Assembly (NCBI GenBank): GCA_964016885.1
Contig: OZ024740.1
Span: forward strand, 71,548,001-71,612,000
DNA: 64,000 nucleotides
Source of the DNA: Eledone cirrhosa
Lineage: Eukaryota
Direction: 5' to 3'
Positions 52,729 through 64,000 of this stretch are shown piece by piece (position 1 is the stretch's first letter; every line of letters starts with the position of its first letter). A program made the translations under genes and the position numbers. A model generated the notes under the pieces. That model had not been told where the DNA came from. It did not search any database and was given only the letters and a program-made list of their open reading frames with translations.

Positions 52729-52934
52729 ATAATAATAATAAATGTGAAGACTAAAATCCGAAGAGGGCTCGATAAGGATAATATATATATCAAATATATA
52801 AAAACCATACAGCATATATTTATTAAAATAACAGGTTAAAGTTTAAGCAAGGAATCGCTGCTTTCATCCTTAATGAAGATCCCGTTAAGGGTGAAAGCAG
52901 CGATTCTTTGCTTAAACTTTAATCTGTTATTTTA

Positions 52935-52944
<10 letters not shown>
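52726..52944. mobile_element. Small fold-back element (family C) in vinculin intron 1
   Basis: Arms at about 52814-52873 and 52885-52944; hammerhead-like remnant TGAAGA-T-CCC-GTTAA-GGG-T-GAAA at 52874-52896. Confidence 0.8.
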
Positions 52945-52966
<22 letters not shown>

Positions 52967-54579
52967 TACACACATACACCTTTTTTTTTTTTTTTTTTAC
53001 TTCCAACCTATCAAAATTCCTTTTTAGTATCGGCATACTCTGTCCTGGAACTTTAATTTCTTCTAAAAGTTCTCTGCAAGTTTGTTCTCGTTGATTTTTT
53101 TTTTTTTGATTTTTAAATCCCGTTTATTTATTTAATATCATCTTTGAAAAGATTTATTTTAAATAAAAAGTACGAGAGAAATGTTATAACATATATTTTA
53201 GCATTGCTCTGTAATTTGTAAGAAGTCTGAGACTAAGAGTATTTTTTTAGTTAGTAACATTACCGTTAAATGCACTCCTGAGTCGATGTCTGTGTGTGTG
53301 TTCGTTTTCGGATACAGTAATTGTTTGTTACTACTTAGGAATGTTTGAAATATCTACTAAATGTAAAGATTATTTTTCTATCTTCCCCACTCAGTCTTCT
53401 AAACATTATGTTTATGTACACATAGCTCACCGATCGTTATCTGTGTGTGTGTGTGTGTGTGTGTGTGTCTATATTGTTGCTTTATTAAAGAACTGAAATA
53501 TATTCTCATATTAAAGAACTGCACCCTAGGCTCTTTCAATGTCACAGCTTCATATCTACGTCTGCTGTCCTGGTCAGGGTGATATATGTACACAGTTATG
53601 TTTTCAATTGTATTATACATTGACACTTGCATAAGCAAGCCCACACCTTTTTTCGTTGTAATTTACTAGCCCTTTACACCTAACTCGAGATAATTGAAGC
53701 CCAAAGAGGTTGACACTGCCTGGTCGTTCAGCATGCTAGAAATAGCTGTAAAATTTCTTTCAAATATCATACGGCATTGTTTTTGTGTGTTTTAAGGTTA
53801 GACATTGGATAAAGTAGTCTTATGTACCCCTAAACAGACAGGAAGGTCACGACTGGAATGTATTTTATCAGACTTCGATTAGGGTTGATCGAGAATTAAA
53901 CAAAAATAATAGGAGCTTGCTAAGTATATATATATATATATATATATATATGCAATAACATCATACCTTTGATTGTTAAATTATTTCACTGACATACACA
54001 TAGATGTTCGCATCTGTGTATATCTGAATTTTCGTAAGTATTTCCTTCTCGTTCTCTCACTCTTCAATAGAACCCGCCCTCTTAATGAATAAAACTCTGG
54101 GATGCTGCCAGGACTTTTAAATCAGTTCTTCTACAGGTTTGAAGTTTATCATCGTCATCAGCAATCCCACCACATTGCTTTTTACTTATTCGTCGATGTA
54201 ATCATTAACTAGAAGATATCTACTTTCTGATTGTCGCCTTTAGTCTTCGCTTGATTTGAGAGAGAACCAAATATCGTATCTGGAATGACTCACAAAAACA
54301 GATAAAATGAGAATAGCTACCAGAATCAATAGACCAGCTATAATATCTACTGATTTTTGTTATTGTTTTTCTTTTCATTCCATTTTATTTTCTGTAGTAA
54401 TTCTTTTGGTATTGTCATTGTAAGTGTCTATAAGATTACATCTGTTAGTGTCGTTTTTGACCTTGTTATTGCCGTTGTCATCGGTTGATTCCTGAAAGAA
54501 GTAAAAGTTTACGTATGATAGCTAGCAGTAGTAAAAGTTTACAAGTGATGATGCTATATATAGGTATATATATATATAT

Positions 54580-55457
<878 letters not shown>

Positions 55458-56121
55458 TAATACGTACCTTCTGAATAGATTCATTTCTGACAGTTATTGT
55501 CAATAACTACGTATTATTTTAATTCGATACCATACAACATTTAAAAAAAAGTAGCTATGAAGATAGATTAATTAATTAGATCACTTAACTTTGTCCTTAC
55601 GTTTTCATCACTTATTGTCTAACTCCGACTGAGCAGCAGACCTATGATCAAAAGTGATTCTATTCATGACCACCCCGTATTTTTTCTTCGCACACACACG
55701 CATACAGTGTATCTATTAGTATATCATGTTCTTCCCCTTTTTATGACAGTCGGATGTGATTTGAAGGAGATCTGACTGCCATTTTCGTGTACATCGAGGC
55801 CTCCCCACCACCGTAAGCTCGTTTTGATAGTTGTTTAGTTAACACACAAACATAAATATAATGGTTTCTTACACAAACATATATATATAATGTTTATATA
55901 TATATATAGGTTGTAACATGGGTGGTGGGTAGATGATGACCTTTCATTAACAGCTTCCTTTAGCTGTCATCAAACTCATTCGACTTTGTCAACATATAAT
56001 CCGTCTTTAGATGATGACAAACAAAGCGATATGTTTATATTTGACAGTTGTTTGTTGACAATCACTTTTGAACGATACTTGTTTTTGATTTTTAAAGAGT
56101 GTAGTTTGAGTTAAAATTTTA

Positions 56122-56165
<44 letters not shown>

Positions 56166-56167
<2 letters not shown>

Positions 56168-56300
56168 TGTTTGGGAGGGTCATGTTGCCAATAAGTACAA
56201 TAAGTATTGGCAACATGACCCGCCCAAAGTATAACAATATCGGTTTCAACACACGTTTTCAGATAAAGAATCTTGCTAAACAAATTCAGAAACGAAATAT
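56166..56300. mobile_element. Fold-back element family D, short copy
   Basis: Hairpin TTTGGGAGGGTCATGTTGCCAATA…TATTGGCAACATGACCCGCCCAAA; the remainder is a diverged reverse complement of 56918-57010. Confidence 0.7.
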
Positions 56301-56327
56301 ATATATATATATCCTTTCGTTTCATAT

Positions 56328-56908
<581 letters not shown>

Positions 56909-56917
56909 TTATATATA

Positions 56918-57331
56918 CTTCGTTTTTTAATTTGTTTTGCAAGATTTCTTATCTGAAAACGTGTGTTGCAACAGATATTGTTATACTTTGGGAGGGTCAT
57001 GCTGCTAATAAAAACACAAGCACCTGTTGGTTTTCACTTCAATTTATTGTAAATTTCCCGTTGGTTCGATAACTGGAAGGTTGTTTATATATTGTCAAAG
57101 CTCTTTCGTCACACATTCCGTCCTACACCATCTTGTTTTTGTGTAGGACAGAACAAAGGATAGACAAAAAAATAAAAACCTAGTCACTGAGGGGGTCACA
57201 GAATGTGTGACGAAAGAGCTTTGACAATATATAAACAACCTTCCAGTTATCGAACCAACCAACCGGAAATTTATAATAAATTGACGTGTGCGTGTGTTTT
57301 TATTGGCAGAATGACCCTCCCAAAGTATAAC
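56918..57331. mobile_element. Fold-back element family D with hammerhead-like motif
   Basis: Inverted arms at about 56980-57118 and 57201-57331; GTCA-CTGAGGG-G-GTCACA-GAATG-TGTGAC-GAAA-GAGCTT-TGAC at 57183-57225. Confidence 0.75.
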
Positions 57332-58010
57332 TATATATATATATATATATATATACATATACATACTAGCATTAAAGCCCGGCGTTGCTCGGGGTCATTT
57401 TTTACTCTCAAACAAACTCTAGTGCAGTAGAAAGGTTTCCACTGTGATATGAAGGTCACACAGTAAATATCAGTATTTTCTTATATTAAACAAACTTTTT
57501 TTTTTTATGTTGTTCTGTTGCCATCAGGTATTTTGAGCAAGTTAGTAAATGTTTTTTTTTTTTTCGCTATTCTTCTTTCTTGATATTTATGTTCCTTTTT
57601 TATTGATTTTCCCCCAACTCTTGTCTTTTACCATGTGCTGGCAAACAAAGGTGCCAGTAGTCGTTGGTGATCTTCATGTGTAGAAAAAATCACAAATAAG
57701 ATGGCCCTGTTACTTATACAATGATTCTAACTGGTAGCCAAGATAACTTTTGCACAACAGTTAAATTGATTGCTTATATTCTATATATCTGGTTTAAAAT
57801 AGGTACAGTGTATCCCTACACAGGCCTGTGTATCATAAGAAGAGATTATAAGGGTTTGTGTCAGGAAGGGCATCCAGCTGTAAAACATTGTCTCAGAAAG
57901 TCTCATCCAAATTATGCCAACATGGTAAAATCGACATAAAAACGACATTTTGTGAAACTCTTACTTTTTTCTTTATTCTTTTATTCACCTCTTATTTAAT
58001 TGTATTCTAC

Positions 58011-58044
<34 letters not shown>

Positions 58045-59455
58045 GGAATCATGTATCCAGAGAAGACACAGTATATTGTACATATACTAAATACATATTA
58101 CAGTGAAGAACATGTACTCAGTAATATGTATTTAGTATATTTACAATATACTGTGTCTTCTCTGAATATATGCTTCTTTCTCTCTCTCTCTATATATATA
58201 CTACTTTTGACTTAATATTGCTCTGGATAATGTCTATTGAGCTTGTTTATTGAAAAACACATAATTCTAACATATTTAATATGTTACATTTATATATATA
58301 TATTGATTAGCAAGAAAACAGCTGCTAGTAAATATTTTCATCAACTTATTAAATAAAGATTAGTCACATGTTAGAATTTGGAAATAATTTCAGGATTCTA
58401 AAAAGAAAAAGACAAGGAGTGGAGGCATGATTTTCTTCTTTCTTATCCTTTTGTCTTTGTCTGGTTGTCTTTTATGAGATTTTATAAGTAAGCTTTTTGT
58501 TCCCTTCACTCTCTGAAATAAAGGTCTCTAACTTCTATCATGCCCACCCCCATTTTCTCCCTGTGCTAAATTCAGTACATTGATGCCTCTCATCATCATG
58601 TCTTCCAGAACCTGTGAGTGATGTCTGAAGTGTCATGCCTAATACTAATTCATTGGGTTTGAATGCTAGCTAAACTTCTTTCACCATACATACTCTAGTG
58701 TAATGTCTAGAATATTTCACCTCTCTCTCACACAAACAAGCATATATATATATTACTACAATCACAAATCCACTAATTTCTTACAAATCTTTCTGAAGAG
58801 AGTAAATAAATATGTAAATATTTATTCTACTTGTCAAAACTTGGCTTCAGAAAATAGCTCGTTATCATCTACTCACCTCCTATATGTGTATGTGTGTGTT
58901 TCTGTGTTTTAGGCTAATCTAGCTGTATTGATTTCAAGATTTAAATTCTGCTTTTGAGGTTATTTCTTGCTTCACTTCATTCTTCATTGAATCAAGTCTT
59001 GAGAAATTGCTTACTCTCCACCCTGCACAATTTGTTCTTTCATGTAATTTTTATTGTAGATTTGTTTTGAGTCAGATAAAATATCAAAGTAAAGTGTCAA
59101 ACATTTTTTATACCATTGGTATAATTCAATGACTGAGGCTGAACTAACCACTAGTCCTGATTTTAATAACCTTTAGAGAATTGAAAGACAAAATCAAGAA
59201 CAGTGAGGTACCACTTAAGTGGGGATGGTTGGCTTTTGTTTTTATTATTCTGGTAGAAAATGATAACTGCTAATGAACCTCATTGGGTATAACTCCATTT
59301 AAAAGAAGAGACGGTGAGAATTAACAGATGATGTTTTCAAGAATGTGACAAGAGGCAATGTAAAAGCCCAAGCAAGCAACAATATTGAGAATATTGATTT
59401 TTTTTTTTTACATAGGCACAATGTCAAAACAGTATTAAGAACATTAAAAATAATC

Positions 59456-60790
59456 ATTATTTCTTACATTGGTTAACTTTGCCTTTCATCCTTACGGGGT
59501 CGATAAAATAAAGTACCAGTAATGCACTGGGTAATTGCTGGCCTTGTGCCTAACGTAGAAACAATTATTTCTTACATTGGCACAGGACTATAAATAAGGT
59601 GGAATATATTTGATTGAGCTGAGTTCAGTATTTGACTTACTTTTTTATCAACTCTGGCAGGATTTGAACTTTGAGTGTAAAAAGGTGAAACTATATACAA
59701 GCTATTTAGCCAGGCATTCTGCCATTTCTGTTACTCCACTGGCCTGTATAATAATTCTCTCTAACATTGGCATGAGGCCAACAATTTGGGGGAAGGGTAA
59801 AGTCGATTATATCGACTCCAGTACTTAAATGTTACTTTATTTTATTGACTCTGGAAGGATGAAAGGGTCAACAAATTGAACTCAGAATATAGAAATTCAT
59901 AACCAAACACTGCAAAGCAATTTGTCCGATACTCTACCAATACAGCCAATTCACCACCCTTACCAGCCTCTATAATAATGATTTCTTGCATAGGCTGAAA
60001 GCCACAAATTTTGAAAGAGGTGTATAGTTGATTAAATCAACTCCAGTAATCAATTGTTACTTAGTTTATTAATCTCTAAAAGATGAATGACAAAGTCAAC
60101 CAAGGTGGGATTTTAGTCAAAAGTAAAAGGGATATAACTAAATATTTTGTTTAGTAGACTGATTCTCTCATATACTCACTACTCTACTATTAATAATTCT
60201 TTCTGACATTGGCAAGGGGAAGGAAAAAGTCATACTTTATTTTATCAAATCTGGAAAGATAAAAGGCAAAGCTGACCCCCAAAAAGTCTGGAAAGGTCAG
60301 TTTGTAAATACTGTGAAGCATTTTGTCCATTGGTCTCGTGATTCAAACAATCTTCTTCTCTCAACTAATAACAACATGGCTAGTTGTCCTAGTTAGTCTG
60401 TCATTTTCTTCTGGGGGAAACGCCTTCTCCATTCTGTCCACCGGGGCTGTGGGGAGGCCAGCATGTGGGACCCCATTTTCTCATCATATAGAGATGGGGA
60501 GGGCGACAGAGATGAAGGTGATGACAGTGGGAGTCCGGCTCTTCCACATTCAGACCATATCCTTGTGGTTGTGTTCATTGTCTATAGAGTTTTCATTATT
60601 CTTATTGGCAGTATCGGTAGAGGGTCGGACGCCATGCTTTCCAGCATAGTTACGTCCCTTTACGATCTGAGTTCAAATCCCGCCAAGGTTGACTTTACCT
60701 TTCATCCTTACGGGGTCGATAAAATAAAGTACCAGTAATGCACTGGGTAATTGCTGGCCTTGTGCCTAAAGTAGAAACAATTATTCTTGT
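59456..60790. mobile_element. Cluster of about 6 tRNA-SINE family B copies in both orientations
   Basis: Plus copies at 59473-59563 (17-bp TSD) and 60605-60784; diverged minus copies at about 59570-59745, 59750-59962, 59975-60190 and 60192-60345. Confidence 0.75.
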
Positions 60791-61540
60791 TTATACTTGT
60801 ATAATCCATTCTTTTTTATTGCTTTATCTAACTGAAGTTGTATTTGATGTTGTTATTCAGCAGCCATCAGTTCATGTCCATTTGCCTTGCAGTGACTAAT
60901 ATCTGACATCTTTTTCCTTACCAGTCCATCATTCTCTGTTAGCTTTTTAAACTTTTCTCCCTTCATGCTCCTTCTGTTTTAGTTAATCCTTTTAAGACTA
61001 TCATATTAAAAAATAATAGTTTTTTAAAATGTTAATTTCTTTATTAGCTATGAATTATTTTTTTCAAGACAATTTAGTTAAGTCCTTTGTTTAGTGCCAG
61101 TTTTTCTGTGACTTACACATTTGGAAATTAATTATTCTTTAAAAAAACAATAATGCAAATTATAATAAACCCTCTTTTTCCTTCTAAATTCTTGTATGAC
61201 AGAAGAGTGAAAATTTGAAGAAATTAAGTAGTAACACACCCATCCTTATCACAAGAGGTGAAGCTGTTGCTTTCGAGAAGCAAAACAGAATCTTGCTGCA
61301 TCATTTATTTTATAATGGCAGTCATCATCTCATCACCTTAGTTGTGTTATGAATTGGATGAGTTTCCAATGCGAGTAAGAATGATCATCATAATCAGTGG
61401 CATATTGCTAGGGGTACATGGGGTTGCAACTGCCCCTCCCCCCAAAAATGTTGTTGGTAAATTAGTCATTTTTATCAGAAAATTATGAACGTCTGCATCC
61501 CCCAAAATGATAGGAGCAATACACTTATGATTATAACCAT

Positions 61541-61624
61541 TTCACATCTATTTTACATCTATTTCACATCTATTTTACATCTATTTCACATCTATTTTAC
61601 ATCTATTTTACATCTATTTTACAT
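61541..61624. repeat. 11-bp tandem repeat ACATCTATTT(T/C), about 7 copies
   Basis: Direct inspection; runs into ATGCTTGCATGGGTTAG, a minus-strand RTE tail. Confidence 0.85.
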
Positions 61625-63719
61625 GCTTGCATGGGTTAGATGTGCCATGATGGAATACCATCCACCTTTCAGAGTGGACTGGCTGATTTTTGTCATGGCA
61701 CCAGTATGACTACCTTACAAGGTGAACTGGGGGTATTTTATCAAAATATTATTGATAATAACGCTAGTTGTTAATATGGCTGTCTTCCTTTATCACAAGA
61801 TCCATTTTGTAATGAGAGGTATACAGTTGATTGACTTGAGCTCATTGCCTTACTAGTATTTATTTCATCTCTCTCTGGTAGGGATGAAAGACTGTCAACA
61901 CTAGTAAGACCATCATTTGGAATAAAGAGAAACAAATCTGAAGAGTTTTATACATTTAGTCCGGTGTAACACTGCTTTTTTTTTTTTTTCCAATTGGTTT
62001 TCATAAGTATCATTAATAAAATATTTTAGAGCACCTGTTGAATTTCTTGTAGTGATTGCTTTCATCTCATTATGCACTTGAGTAAAATCTGCCAAAATCA
62101 ATATTGCCCTTCATCATTTAGTAATTAATTAATTTTAGTGCAAATTTTTTAAAACCCCATCTCTAACTTTTTTTAATTATGCTTTCTGTTTTGAACATCT
62201 GAGATTTGAAATCTAAAAAAACAAAAATGCATATATTTGTTTGTTAGTAAATATGGCTGAATTGAGATTAATATCTAATGCATATGTAATGAATATATGT
62301 AGCAAATATAATATATGTAAATATATGTCCAGGAATAATAAATCTATAAGTCCAAATGAAGTTTGGCTTTATAAAATTGTAGAAAAGTGTTGTGCTTGTC
62401 TCAGTGCAACCCTTTTGTCACCAGATCCTCAATGAATTTCACTGCTAATGTGTTTTAATTGATTTTGAAAGTAATAGAAAATTTCTGAGAATTTAGTTAC
62501 TTGTTCATTATTAAGCTGGTGTTTGGATTATAACTGAACAAACATTTTATATATAAAATTATGACAGAAGATTTTTCTATGAGTATGAATAGCTTAAAAA
62601 GGAGGGTTTTGTATCATTGAACTTGTGGATTTAGCTGTATTGGTATCAGTTAAGTGACTGATATTAGTTTCTACAAGCAGGAAAGTTATGTAACTCTAAA
62701 AACCGTTGCTCCATCTTTCATGATCTATGTGAAATTGTCAAAACATCTTGATTTATTAGGATTTTCAGCTGCAGTACTTGACTGATACAATATTTTATTG
62801 ATCCTGGGAAACACTGAAAATAAAAGAAACTCATCAAAATACAGTTATGAACATAGTTTACAATTCTGTCTCAACTAATGAAGGATATATTTATGAAGGA
62901 TTTATTTGTTCTGTATTTAAAGTGAATATTTTTTAAACACACACACATGCACATGTGTAATATATGCAATCACATGCATGTATATGCTTTTTTTTTTATT
63001 CTCATGCACCTAATATTTTTCATATATCTCTTTTTATATTCAACTCCCACACAATATTACACATAATTAGATAAACACAATATCTAATATAGTCACACAG
63101 AAGAATCCTTTAACATACATTTTTAAAGCAAAACTATTTATCCTACATAACTCTATGTATATTTTAACAGATGTTCTTTTGGACTGACATACAAACATAT
63201 ATTTATGGTTGAAAAGATCCAAACCCAATATCTGTCTGTTTGTTCTTTGGATCAAATAGACAGAAGGGCTGCATGCAATTCTGAGATTAGTCTGCTATGT
63301 TAGTCTAAAAATAACCAGTATTTTTTTCTCTAAAATAATTGAGTTTCATTTTATTTACTTTACATTATACTGTACATATTTAACCTCATTTTACCAAAGA
63401 GAGATAAAATATTTTCTTACTGTACTTTGTGCAAAAAGGAAATATCGAAAATTTTGTCATTTTGGAAGTTGATCTTTTCAAGGTTAATTCTTTTCAGTTT
63501 TTTTTTAAATATAAAAAAGCAATCAAGCACTTCAAGATAATTGTTTGTGCTTGTGTTATTATGACTTGGTTTATTTTCAGAAATATATCATCTCTGATGA
63601 CCTAGTACATCTAAATACATGCTGATAACCTAGTTCTCATAGCTGAATATGAATTTAAGAAATTCTAAACGTGGAAGCAATTCATAAAATTGATAGATTT
63701 TAATGTAAATCTAGCAAAT

Positions 63720-63995
63720 AGAAAGGTTTTAGCATGAAAGAAAACTAGACTCTATTGTCACCTGAATGGTGGCCATGCTTGCCATGCAGAGAAGGGGTAG
63801 GGAAGAATTTTGTGTGCTCAATGTAAACTATAGGTGCACAAAAGTTGCAGTGGTTTCACAGCAGACTGACAGAGAACTTTGTATGTAGCAGATGTGCAGA
63901 GGTGTTAACAGTAAGATCATTCATAAAATAAATTCTTTCAAATGCTTGAAAAGCTCACTAAAAGTAAAAGTGTTACCTATGTTACTTATGTAATT
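63720..63995 (+). mobile_element. Degenerate RTE fragment covering the zinc-finger insert
   Basis: Decayed WPC..C…GVG…C..C…VHKSCSG…FVCSRC, homologous to 35575-35715. Confidence 0.65.
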
Positions 63996-64000
63996 AGCAC

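Noticed and set aside
54126-54170. Candidate vinculin exon 2 after TTCTTCTACAG
   Set aside because: The phase-0 reading gives V then stop and does not resemble vinculin.

Overview
AT-rich, repeat-dominated animal genomic DNA. The mix of (TA)n microsatellites, tRNA-SINEs, RTE LINEs and Penelope-like elements most resembles an octopus/coleoid genome (inference from pattern familiarity, not a database hit). Host content is small. It comprises the first coding exon of vinculin (52467-52523, MPVFHTKTIEGILEPVAQQ, then GT), whose first intron appears to run past the window end, an unexplained intronless 285-codon ORF (5556-6413), and a 3'-truncated U2 snRNA retrocopy with a target-site duplication. 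The rest is mobile DNA: several RTE-type LINE copies whose RT carries an inserted PHD-type zinc finger, older RTE, CR1 and CRE fragments, a Neptune-type Penelope element, two tRNA-SINE families, hAT and Tc1/mariner MITEs, Helitron-like ends and a solo LTR. The most striking signal is a set of small non-coding fold-back elements sitting in (TA)n tracts and carrying hammerhead-ribozyme motifs. The best case (40241-41222) has a nearly complete type I hammerhead on both strands, and its segment order implies a tandem or circular ~520-nt monomer (retrozyme-like). Coordinates of degenerate elements are approximate and were read by eye.
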